Under the pieces are notes generated by a model that worked only from the letters and a program-made list of their open reading frames with translations, ran no database searches and was not told the origin of the DNA. 64,000 bases of DNA from NCBI GenBank assembly GCA_038087875.1, contig JAXLNO010000385.1:744001-808000 (forward strand). The letters are read 5' to 3'. The translations under genes were made by a program, and so were the position numbers. Of the stretch, positions 32,815-45,800 are shown piece by piece (the stretch's first letter is position 1; each line of letters begins with the position of its first letter). Source of the DNA: Malacoraja senta (Eukaryota).

Positions 32815-35800
32815 GTGTGCTGTCTGCACGCAGTAAGTGGCGGCGCTGTTGAACAGCTGCGGCTCGCCTGCAGTCCGTCTGTTTTTACTTTTATGTTGTT
32901 GTTTCATTTTGTCCTGTTTTAGTTAAATTTTAGTTTATTGGGTTGTGTATGTGGGGGTGGGGGGGTGAAACATGATTTTTGTCTCTTCCTTCGGGGGAAT
33001 GCGACTTTTTCTTGTCGTGTCCCCCTTCTCTGCCTCCGTCTGCGCTGAGGCCTAATGGCGGAGCTGGCGGCCTCCAACTGCGACCGACCTCGAGGCTCCG
33101 GAGGCAGAGCCAGGACTTACCAACGCGAGGCTGGCCAACTTCGGGGCTGCGGTGGCGTTCCGGCGGTGGCGACTGTAAATCACTTCAAAGCATATAAGAT
33201 GTACACACATCTTTATTCAGCACTTTAACTTGGCAGCCTTACAGAGCGAGGCGTTGTCAGTTCATCCTGGCTGCTTCAACTAACGGTGCTGGGAATGGGC
33301 GTTAGTATAAATGTTATAATGGGGTGGAGTTAGTGATGCTAGCTAAGTGTGATTGATTCATATGATTCATGAATCTACATCCTTCCCCCGAAAGATTAAA
33401 AGCATATTAAACATACTCGCCATACCTGTCTGGTGGTCTACTAACACGGCCCGAACGCGTGTGGACCCAACCATCCCCTCCCTCAACTGAAGGATGTGGC
33501 GGAAGAGGCTGAAGGTGAAAACCGCACGGGAGAGGATTTTGGTGAACGAGGGGGAAACATGCGGTGGGTGAAACCCCGTGGTTAGTGGAGACAGATAGAC
33601 GTGGGGGAGTGCCAGGCATGCGGGGACGGGCGGGAGACATTGCGGAAGGCGGCTGGAACTGGAGCGGCGGAGCATATGGATCGGCAGGCGGCGGACGGGG
33701 CTCCTTCACAGCAAGCAGGTGTTGACGACTTCTCAGGTAAACCGCTCCCTCACAGTCCACAAGGTACGATCGCGGCTCACCAGTCGGGCCCACAACAACG
33801 CCCAGACGAGAATGACCAGTTGGAGTTCGTAGACGGACGACCTGGCCCGGCAGTAGAGGCTGGAGTTGTCTACTGGAGCTGTCGTATGAACGTTTCTGGG
33901 TATCTTGCTTCTCTTGGAGATGTTGCCGGATAGTGGCGGGCTTCAACACCCGAGGAACCAGCTGCTGTTGTGCGATGGGGACCGGAGACCTCGTCACCCT
34001 CGACAGCAGCCGCTGTGCTGGTGACCCCAAGATGCCGTCTCTTGCGATGTTTCTGAGATTCAGTAGATCGAGATAGACGTCAGACTTTGAAATGCGTGCT
34101 CCCTCCAGCAAGTGCTTGGCGCTTCTGACAGCGCGTTCAGCGAGTCCATTACTCTGTGGATACTCGGGACTGCTTGTGACGTGCTGGAAGTTCCATCGGT
34201 CAGCGAATAGCTTGAACGAGTGGCTGGTGAACTGTGGACCATTGTCGGTTCTCAGAATAACAGGAATGCCATGGTCTGAGAAATGTCTTTTCAGCTTCCT
34301 GATGACCATCACCGACGTGAGGGAGGTAAGTTGGTCAAGTTCAAACCAGTTGGAGTACGAGTCGACCAGAACGAGTTAGTGCTTACCGCACCATTCGAAA
34401 ATGTCCGCAGCCATCGACAACCATGACAGTGCTGGTGGAGGTTGTTGCAGAAGGGGTTGCCGCTGCTGATGAGGTGCAAGATTGTTGCAAGTGGGGCAGG
34501 AGGCTACGCGGTCCCGGATGTACGTGGCCATTCCGGGCCAGTAGAACAGATCCCGGGCGCGTGCCAGTGTGGAGTCGGCTCCTGGGTGACCGCTGTGTAC
34601 ATCTTTGAAGTATTCGTCTTGTAACGATGCAGGTACAACTACCTTGTGGCCCTTGACGACCACACCATCCTGAACCACCAGTTCATCGCGGACCAAAAAG
34701 TAGGACTGCACCTCAGTGGGCGTGTTGGATTGTTTGCCTGGCCAGCCTGTTTTGATGATGGACGAGAGGGCTTGAAGCGTATCATCCTTTGCAGTGTGCG
34801 CGGCCAGGGTGCGCAGTTGCTTGCTGGAGATTAGACCGACACCGAGAACAGTGAAATTCTCCTGTTCGTGTGGGTGTTGTTCGCAAGATGTTCGAGGGGC
34901 ACGAGAGAGTGTGTCGGCACCATGCATGTCCTTGCCCTTTTTGTAGGTAATAGAGAAGTCGTACCGCTGCAGCTGCATCATCATGCGCTGCAAACGAGCT
35001 GGGGCGGCGTGGATAGGCTTGTTCAAGATTGTCACCAGTGGTTGGTGGTCCGTCTGAACCATGAACGTGTTGCCATAGACGAAGTCGTGGAATTTGGAGC
35101 AGGCATGCTCCGTGTCGGTCATGGTGCGAGAGGCATACGCGACGGGTAGTAGGGTACCATCATCAGACGGTTGCAGGCAGGCTGAGCCGAGCCCGAATTT
35201 CGAGGCATCGCAGGTGATCACCACCTGACGTTTCAGGTCGAAAAAAGTCAAGGTCGGTGCACTGGTCAGTTTTGATTTCAGAACATCGAAGGCATCCTGA
35301 TGTTCCTGGAACCATGACCATGCAGTGTCCTTTCTTGTCAGCTGCCGCAATGCGGAGCTTAATTCGCTGAGGTTAGGTATGAACTTTCCGAGATAGTTTA
35401 CCATGCCCAGGAAACGTTGCAGGCCTTTCACGTCAGTGGGTGCAGGCATTTCTATGATGGCAGAAGTCTTCTTCGGATCCGGTTTGAGGCCGTCAGGGGT
35501 GAAGATGTGGCCGACATAGGAGACCACTGGAACCCTGACCTTGCACTTGTCAGGATTGAGCTTGAGGTTGATCTTGACAGCACGCTCCAAAATGAGCCTG
35601 AGATTGTGGTCATCTTCCGCCGCGTCTTTGCCATAGACAAGAATATCATCGACAATAATGGCACAAGGCAGACCCTCGAATAATTGTTCCATAGTTCTTT
35701 GGAAGACTTCGCTGGCAGAGTTGATCCCGAATGGCATTCTCAGAAACTTATATCTGCCGAATGTGGTGGCAAATGTGGTAAGGTTTGATGACCTCTTGTT

Positions 35801-37162
35801 CAGCGGTATCTGCCAGAATGAGTTCTTTGCATCTAGGACGGAAAATACGGTGGCCGTTCTGATCTTTGCTGCAACATCCTCTACTGTCTTCATGTTACAG
35901 CATGCTGCTGCCAAGAACTCTGATCCTACAGTGACGATAGCTGTAAACATTGTTGCTTTTGGCGCGAAACTGGATACGGGGGCGAGAGTCAATACAATGT
36001 CAATCAACCTTTTTAACGGGATCAGGGCTAACGAGCCACTTGTCAAGGATGCGTCCACTTTACATGCTTTGGGGGGGGGGAACTAGGGCTGATTTCCTTT
36101 GATAAAACTGTCCACAAACTGCAAGTTTCCTTTGATCCACTGAATGACTTCACTGGTCTTTTCGACAACAACCTAGGCAGGTTGCCTGTGTCCTACAAGA
36201 TTACTATTGACCCCGATGTGACATCCGTAGTCCGAAACCCGCACAGATTGTCATTTGCCATGACTGACAGGGTTCACTCTATGCTGAAGGACATGGTCTC
36301 CAAAGGCGTAATTGAAGCAGTCAGTGACCCCACCGACTGGGTCTCAACCATGATTGCCACAGTCAAGAAGGGAAAGGATGAAATCCGCCTGTGCATTAAT
36401 CCAAAAGACCTGAACACTGCCATTAAGCGCCCGCACCATCCCACTTCTGACACCATGTAAATCACTTCAAAGCATATAAGATTTACACACATCTTTATTC
36501 AGCACTTTAACTTGGCAGCATTACAGAGCGAGGTGTTGTCAGTTCATCCTGGCTGCTTCAACTAACGGTGCTGGGAATGGGCGTTAGTATAAATGTTATA
36601 ATGGGGTGGAGTTAGTGATGCTAGCTAAGTGTGATTGATTCACATTCATCATCAATCTACAGCGACCAAAGACACTGTTGGCGACCTGAATCCGGGGCTC
36701 GGCCGCGGGCCCTGTGGACGACATCATCGGGAGCTCGCAGGTCACAGGTGGGTGACCTGGTATTCCGGAGCTCCCGCAACTACAGCTGCGTCCGCTGGAC
36801 TGGAGGGCAGCAGCTTCGGCAGCTTCGGTCACCCCGGGCCGCGGAGTTTGAACCGGCCCGTCGCGGGCACGGATTCAGCCGCGGGACTGACTTACCATCA
36901 CCCAGCGGGGTCACAACATCAGAAACCTGGATCGCCTCTGCGTAGAGGGAGAACAAAGAGGGAAGAGACAGAGACTTTAAGACTTTTGCCTCCATCACAG
37001 TGAGGAGGTGCTTGGTGAACTCACTGTGGTGGATATTAACTTGTGTTTATTGTGTGTTTTGTTATTTATTATTATATGTATGACTGCAGGCAACGACATT
37101 TCGTTCAGACCGAAAGGTCTGAATGACAAATAAAGGAATCTAATCTAATCTAATCTAATCTA
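32815..37162 (+). mobile_element. Non-autonomous GC-rich retroposon (~0.86 kb net) with Rex1-type tail, split by Gypsy B
   Basis: Non-coding; ends ATTTCG-TTCAGACC GAAA GGTCTGAA-TGACAAATAAAGG(AATCT)n; halves rejoin across the GCGAC TSD. Confidence 0.6.
33174..36661 (-). mobile_element. Gypsy copy B: two 206-bp LTRs, TSD GCGAC, gag deleted, protease and RT N-terminus inverted
   Basis: LTRs 33174-33379 and 36456-36661 with TG..CA ends; PBS TGGTGTCAGAAGTGGGAT (tRNA-Leu type) at 36438-36455; PPT ~33380-33395; RT IVDD, RNase H, HHCC and DNGPQF...E integrase motifs. Confidence 0.96.
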
Positions 37163-39800
37163 ACTCGACCTCTATCTCGAACTATCTCGAACGCGAACTC
37201 GATCTCGAACTCGAACTCTATCTTGAACTCGAACTCGAACTCTATCTTGAACTCGAACTCTATCTCTACCTAAAACTCGAATTCGAACTCTAAATATCTC
37301 GACCTCGAACTCTATCTCGAACTGGAAATCTAACTCGAACTCAAACTCCTACTGGAACTCGAAATCTATCTCGAACTCGAACTCGAATTCGATTTGGAAC
37401 TCGAGTTGGAGTTCGAGTTACGGGCGAAGCACCAAGACAAATTCCTTGTTTGTGAATACTTGCCCAATAAACGTATTCATTCATTCATTCACTTAACTCG
37501 AACTCGAGCTTGAACTTGAACTCGAACTCGAACTCGAACTCAAACTCAATCTCGATCTCGAACTCGAACTCGCACTCGAACTCGTACTCCATCTCGAACT
37601 CGATCTCAAACTCGAGTTCGAGTTCGATTTGCCGGCGGAGCACCAAGGAAAATTCCTTGTATGTGAATATTTGGCCAATAAATTCATTCATTCATTCATT
37701 CATTCGATCATACATTCATTCATTCATTCATTCATTCATTCATTTATTTATTCATTCATTCATTTATTTATTCATTCATTCATTCATTTATTCATTCATT
37801 CATTCATTCATTCATTCATATCGAACTCGAGCTGGAACTCGAACTCGATCTCGAACTCGAATTAGAATTCGAACTGTATCGCGAACTACAACTCCATCTC
37901 GACCGAACTCTATCTCTAACTCGAACTCGAATTCGAACTCAAACTCGTACTCTATCTCGAACTCGAACTCTATCTTGAACTCGAAATCTATCTCGAACTC
38001 TCGAACGAACTCGATCTAGAACTCGATCTCGAACTTTATATCGAACTCTCTGTCGAACACAAACTCTTTCTCGAACACCATCTCGACCTCAAACTCTATT
38101 TCAAACTCGTTGGAGTTCGACTTGCGGGCGGAGCACCATGGCAAATTCCTTGTATGTGAATATTGGCCAATAAATTTATTCATTCATTCATTCATTCATT
38201 CACTTAACTCGAACTCGAGCTCGAACGAACTCGAACCTGAACTCTATCTCGAACTCGAACTCTATCTCGAACTCGAACTCTATCTCAAACTCCAACTCCA
38301 ACTCCAACTCCAACTGCAACTTGAACTCGAACTCTATCACGAACTCTATCTCTAACTCGAACTCGAACTCGCACTCGAACTCGTACTCTCTCGAATCGCG
38401 AAATCGTGTTCGAGTTTGACTTGCGGGCGGAGCACCAAGGCAAACACCTTGTATGTGAATACTTGGCCAATAAACATATTCGTTCATTCATTCATTCATT
38501 CATTCATTCATTCATTTAACTCGAACTCGAGCTCGAACTTGAACTTGAACTCGAACTCGAACTCTATCACGAACTCTATCTCGAATTCCAACTCCAATTC
38601 CAACTCGAACTTGAACTCGAACTCGAACTTGAACTCGTACTCTATCTAGAACTCAAACTATCTCGAACTCGAGTTTGAGTTCGACTTGCGGGCGGAGCAC
38701 CAAGGCAACTTCCCTGTATGTGAGTACTTGGCCAATAAAAGTGTTCATTCATTCCTTCATTTATTCAATTCGATCTCGTGCTCGAACTTGATCTCGAACT
38801 CTAACTCTAACTCTAACTCGAACTCTATCTCTCTCTCTCTTTCTCTCGAACTTTCTCTCGATCACGAACTCGATCTCTAACTCGCATTCTATCTCGAACT
38901 CGAATTCGAACTCGTACTCTATCTCGAACTCGAACTCTATGATGAACTCAATCGAACGCGAACTTGATCTCGAACTCGAACTGGAATTCGAACTTGAATT
39001 CGAACTCTATGTCGAACTCGAACTCGATCTCTAACTCGAACTATCTCGAAGTTGAAATCTATTTCGAACTCGAACTCGAACTCGAACGCGAACTCTATCT
39101 CGATTTCGAGGTTGAGTTCGACTTGCGGGCGGAGCATCAAGGCAAATTCCTTGTTTGCGAATACTTGTCCAATAAACTTATTCATTCATTCATTCATTCA
39201 TTCATTCATTCAACTCGAACTCTATCTCGAATTCTAATTCGAACTCGAAATATCTCGAAATCTCTCTCGAACTAAAACTCGAACTCGAACTCTATCTCTG
39301 GCTAAAACTCGAATTCGAACTCCAAATATCTCGACCTCAAACTCTATCTCGAACTCGAATCTAACGAACTCGAACTCTATCTCGAACTCGAACTCTATCT
39401 CGAACTCGATCTCGAACTTGAGTTCGACTTGCGGGCAGAGCACCAAGGCCAATTCGTTGTATGTGAATACATGGCCAATAAAGTTATTCATTCTTTCATT
39501 CATGCGTTCAGTCAACTCGAACTCGAACTATCTCTAGAACTCAAACTCAAAATCTATCTTGAACTCGAACTCTATCTCCAGCTAAAACTCGAATCCGAAC
39601 TCGAACTATCTCGATATCGAACTTTATCTCGAACTCCAAATCTATCTCGAACTCGAACTCGAATTCGATCTCGAACTCGAGTTGGATTTCGACTTACGGG
39701 CGGAGCACCAAGGCAAATTCCTTGTATGTGAATCCTTTGCCAATAAACATTCATTCATTCATTCATTCATTTAGCTCGAACTCGAGCTCAAACTTGAACC

Positions 39801-42800
39801 CAAAGCTCAAAGATTCGCTCAATTTTATCAAAATGTATATACATCTAAAGCGGTAGCAGACAGTACCAAAGTTAGAGAGTTCCTGGATAATTGTAATCTC
39901 CCAAAACTCAATGTGAGTGAACAAGAGGAATTACGTGCACAAGTCTCAACTAAGGAAATAGAAGAAACAATAAATACATTAAAGAATGGAAAAACTCCAG
40001 GACCAGATGCTTTTAGTAATGAATTTTATAAAAGATTTTACGAGATAATTACACCACGACTACATAAAATGTATACATATGCTTTTAAAGAACATACACT
40101 TCCAGAAACATTGGCGGAGTCAACGATTACACTTATACCTAAAAAAGGTAAAGATTTAGAAGATCCGGGTTCTTATAGAGCTATTGCGCTGTTAAATACA
40201 GATCAAAAAATATTAGCGAAAACATTATCTAGAAGGCTAAGTAACTATGTCAGTAAATTAATAAATCCGGATCAAACAGGGTTTATACCCAAGAGATACT
40301 CAAGCAATAACCTGAGACGTCTGTTTAATATAATGCACTCACATAAAACCGAAGAGCAAGATTTATCAATTATTTCACTGGGCGCAGAAAAAGCATTTGA
40401 TCAAGTGGTATGGGATTATATGGTTAAAGTATTGCAAAAATTTCAAGTGGGAGAGAATTTTATCGCTTGGGTAAAATTATTATATGATAGGCCTACGGCC
40501 AGAATATTAACTAATAATATTTTGTCCTCGAAATTTCAGTTATCAAGGGGAAATAGACAGGGGTGTTCATTATCACCCCTTGTAACATTTGCTCTTGTAA
40601 TAGAAATGTTAGCGGAAAGTATTAGGATACATCCGAATATTTATGGGTACAACACAAAATATTCAAATAATAAGATATCTTTATATGCAGATGATGTACT
40701 ACTATATACATTACAAAATCACAAACTAGTATACCAAATATATTAAATTTAATTGAGGAATTTTTATCCTTTTCAGGATATAGAATAAATTGGAATAAAA
40801 GTGAAATTATTATTATTATTATTATTATTAAGTTTATTTATATAGCACATTTTCCAATTGATTTGAATCAAAAGCCAAAGTGCTTTACAGTTACTAACCA
40901 TACAAATAATAAAAAGAGATAGAAAAAATGACAACACACTATAAGAGATTTTACACAAATTATGACGATTAAACCTCAAGAATCGACACACCTGTTAAAA
41001 TTCCCTTTTAAAATCGCTTCAGAAAAATTTAAATATTTGGGAATTGAAATTACTAGAAAATATAAATCTCTATTTAATGCAAACTATATGCACTTACTCA
41101 ATAAACTAAACACACTGATTAAATTCTGGAAAACACTCCTGATGTCTCTTAGAGGCCGAATAAATGCTATAAAAATGATCTTTTTACCACGAATTTTATA
41201 TCTATTCCAGTGAATACTTACCAAAAAAATTGTTTTTTCAATTGGATGCTGATTTTACGAATTGTATATGGGACTATAAATCCCACAGAATCCAAAGAAA
41301 ACATTTCTGTAAACCTAAGGAATTTGGTTGATTATCACTCCACAATTTTTTATATTATTATTGGGCCACAAATGTCAAAAAAATGATTCACCTGTTGGAC
41401 AATTCGGACCAGCAGGTGGATTGGATAGTAATGGAGAGAGAGGACTGTTCCCCTTTTAACATAGGAGCGATCCTTCTCTCACCAACAAAAATAAAGAATA
41501 CAATATATAGTAAAAATCCAAATATTCATAGTACAATTAGAATTTGGAAACAAATAAAATTAACGTTAAAATGAAGAAATCTATCACTTCTTTCACCTAT
41601 AATGAATAACCCTTCGTTTAAACCTTCTATGATAGATAGAGCTTTTATAAATTGGGAAAGAGTAGGAATTAAAACGTTTGGAGATATGTATGATAATGGA
41701 CGTTTTTTAACCTTTCACCAATTACAACTTAAATACAACTTGAATAGTAATCAATATTTCAAATATTTTCAACTACGTGACTATTTGAAAAAGTATACAC
41801 GAGAATATCATAATATGTCTCCTGACCTATTAGATGGGATAATGAATATAAACGCGGAATCAGCTAATTTAATATCATACCTATAGAATTCCATTTTAAA
41901 TATAGAAATTCCATCATCGGACGGGATTAGAAGAGAATGGGAACAGGAACTAGCTATTAAAATCTCGAAAGAGAGTTGGGATAAACCTCTATTATATGTG
42001 CATAAATGTTCGATTAACGTAAGACATACTCTGATTCAATTTAAAATTCTACATAGATTATATTATTCTAAAGCTAAATTAAGTAATTTTTACCCAAATA
42101 CCTCTGCTAACTGTGATAAACGCCTAGTCCAAGAATCAACTATGGCACATTCTTTTGTTTTTTGTATAAAAATTCAAAAATATTGGAATTACATTTTTGA
42201 CATTTTCACTAAATTATTTAAAATAAAACTGAAACCGAATGCAGAACTGATTATTTTTTGGAAAAATAGAAAGTTTGGAGCTGACTGCGTTTCAAAGGAG
42301 TTTTCTTAGTTATGGCTTAATAACGGCAAAAAAACTGATACTGAAATTTTCGAAAAATGCTCCTACGCCAACAATAAAAATGTGGACTTCTAATATGTCG
42401 GAATTGTTACATCTAGAAGATATGAGATTGCTCCTAGCAGGTAAACAACACCAATTACAAAAGATTTGGTCTCCATACATCGACTTATTACAAACATAGG
42501 GTGCAACAAAATGTTGATAATAAATGGTTTTAGGACCTGGCGAGGGGTGAGTAAAGATAAGAAGTAGGTACATCCCTTTCATATTGTCCTATCTTATTTT
42601 CTTTTTTTTCTTTTTTTCTTTTCTTCTTTAACTACTTCTTGTGGTTTAGGTTCACATGTGTGTTCCTGGACCACTTTTTCATTCACTCACTGACTGTCTT
42701 TGCTAGCTCTTTCTATCCTTTTTTTCTATTAAAGTTGCAAAACAGAAGTGGTACAAGAACTGTATAAATTTACGTTATTGCACATTACTGTAATGTAAAA

Positions 42801-42850
42801 TACTTCTAATAAAAAAGCAATAATAATAAAAATTAAAAAAAATAAAAATA
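39801..42850 (+). mobile_element. L1 LINE, 5'-truncated, decayed; related to but distinct from the 1-5094 copy
   Basis: RT through C-terminus colinear with copy 1 (RGNRQGCSLSP, SLYADD), multiple stops, A-rich tail. Confidence 0.93.
40811..40956 (-). mobile_element. L2-type 3' tail fragment inserted in L1
   Basis: Minus strand TGTAAAGCACTTTGG...TGTGCTATATAAATAAA(AAT)n; TSD AAATTAT at 40804 and 40957. Confidence 0.8.
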
Positions 42851-45800
42851 ACTCTATGACGAACTCTCAATCGAACGCGAACTCGATCTCGAACTCGAAC
42901 TGGAATTCGAACTCGAATTCGAACTCTCTCTCGAACTCGAACTTGATCTCTAACTTGAACTATCTCGAAGTCGAAATCTATTTCGAACTCGAACTCGAAC
43001 GAACTCGAACGCGAGTTCTATCTCGATTTCGAGGTTGAGTCCGACTTGGGGGCGGAGCATCAAGGCAAATTCCTTGATTGTGAATACTTGGGCAATAAAC
43101 TTATTCATTCATTCATGCATTTATTCAACTCAAACTCTATCTCGAATTCTAATTCGAACTCGAAATCTATCTCGAAATCTCTCTCGAACTAAAACTCGAA
43201 CTCGAACTCTATCTCTGGCTAAAACTCGAATTCGAACTCTAAATATCTCGACCTCAAACTCTATCTCGAACTCGAAATCTAACGAACTCGAACTCCTACT
43301 CGAACTCGAACTCTATCTCGAACTCGAACTCTATCTCGAACTCGATCTCGAACTCGAGTTCGACTTGCGGGCGGAGCACCAAGGCCAATTCCTTGTATGT
43401 GAATACATTCCCAATAAACGTATTCATTCTTTCATTCATGCGTTCAGTCAACTCGAACTCGAACTATCTCTAGAAGTCAAACTCAAAATCTATCTTGAAC
43501 TCAAACTCTATCTCCAGCTAAAATTCGAATCCGAACTCGAACTATCTCGACCTCGAACTTTATCTCGAACTCCAAATCTATCTCGAACTCGAACTCGAAT
43601 TCGATCTCGAACTCGAGTTGGATTTGGACTTACGGGCGGAGCACCAATTCAAATACCTTGTATGTGAATACTTTGCCAATAAACATTCATTCATTCATTC
43701 ATTTATTTAGCTCGAACTCGAGCTCAAACTTGAACTCGAACTCTATCACGAACTCTATCTCGAACTCGAGCTCTATCTCCATCTCGAACTCGAACTCGTA
43801 TTCTATCTCAAACTCTTTCTCAAACTCGAGTTCGAGTTCGACTTGCGGGCGGAGCACCAAGGCAAATTCCTTCTATGTGAATACATTGCCAATAAACTTA
43901 TTCATTCATTCATTCATTTATACATTCATTCATTCATTCATTCATTCCGTCAACTCGAACTCGAACTCAAACTCTATCTCGAACTCTCTCTCGAACTAAA
44001 ACTCGGACTCGAACTCGTACTCTATCTCGAACTCGAACTCGAACTATCTCGAACTCGAACTCTATCTCGAACTCTAACTCTATCTCGAACTCTATCTCGA
44101 ACTCTCTCGAACTCAAACTCTCTCTCGGTCAAACTCTCTCGAACTCAAACTCTATCTCGAACTCTATCTCGAACTATCTCGAACGCGAACTCGATCTCGA
44201 ACTCGAACTCGAACTATCTTGAACTCGAACTCGAACTCTATCTTGAACTCGAAGTCTATCTCGAACTCGAACTCGAAATCGATCTCAAACTCGAGTTGGA
44301 GTTCGAGTTAGGGGCGGAGCACCAAGGCAAATTCCTTGTATGTGAATACTTGGCCAATAAACGTATTCATTCATTCATTCATTCATTTAACTCGAACTAT
44401 CTCGAACTCCAACTCCAACTCCAACTCCAACTCCAACTCCAACTTGAACTCTAACTCGAACTCTCTCTCGAACTCTCTCTCGAACTCTATCTCGAATTCT
44501 CTCTCTAACTAAAACTCGAACTCGTACTATATCTCGAACTATCTCGAACTATCTCAAACGCGAACTCGATCTCAAACTCGATCTCGATCTCGAACTCGAA
44601 CTTTATCTTGAACTCGAACTCAAAATCTATCTTGAACTCGAACTCTATCTCTAGCTAAAACTCGAATTCGAACTCGAACTATCTCGACCTCGAACTTTAT
44701 CTCGAACTCGAAATCTATCTCGAACTCGAGTTGGATTTCGTCTTATGGGCGGAGCACCAAGGCAAACTCCTTGTTTGTGAATACTTGGCCAATAAACTTA
44801 TACATTCATTCATTCATTCAACTCGTACTCTATCTCGAACTCGAACTCTTATCTCGAACTCGAACTCGAACTCTCTCGAACTCGAACTCTATCTCGAACT
44901 ATCTCGAACGCGAACTCGAACTCTATCTTGAACTCGAACTCTATCTCGAACTCTCTCTCTACCTAAAACTCGAACTCGAACTCGTACTCTATCTCGAACT
45001 CGAAATCTATCTCGAGCTCGAACTATCTCGAACTCTCTCGAACTCGAACTCCATCTCGAACGAACTCGAGCGTGAACGAACTCGAACTCGAATTTTATCT
45101 CGAACTCGAACTCGAATTCGAACTCTATCTCGATCTCTCTCTCTCTAACCAAAACTCGAACTCGAACGTACTCTATCTCGAACTCGAACTCAAAGGAATT
45201 GAACTTGAACTCGAACTCTATCTTGAAGTCGAACTCAAACGAGTTGAACTTGAACTCGAACTCTATCTTGAACTCGAACATGAACTCAAACTCTATCTCT
45301 AATTATATCACGAACTTAATCTCGAACTCGAACTCTATCTCGAACTCGAACTCGAACTCTATCTCTAATTCTATCACGAACACAATCTCGAACTCGAACT
45401 CTATCTCGAACTCGAACTCTATCTCTATCGACTTGCGGGCGGAGCACCAAGATAAACTCCTTGTATGTGAATACATTGCCAATAAACTTATTCATTCATT
45501 CATTCATTCATTCATTCATTCATTCATTCATTCATTCATTCCGTCAACTCGAACTCGAACTCAAACTCTATCTCGAACTCTCTCTCGAACTAAAACTCGG
45601 ACTCGAACTCGTACTCTATCTCGAACTCGAACTCGAACTATCTCGAACTCGAACTCTATCTCGAACTCTAACTCTATCTCGAACTCTATCTCGAACTCTC
45701 TCGAACTCAAACTCTCTCTCGGTCAAACTCTCTCGAACTCAAACTCTATCTCGAACTCTATCTCGAACTATCTCGAACGCGAACTCGATCTCGAACTCGA

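Noticed and set aside
34376..36058. Intact 560-aa Gypsy Pol
   Set aside because: The first ~55 residues are antisense of the inverted protease; gag is absent and integrase is frameshifted
38935..43735. Giant TSD or LTR pair around the second L1
   Set aside because: The flanks are diverged satellite higher-order repeats, not products of the insertion
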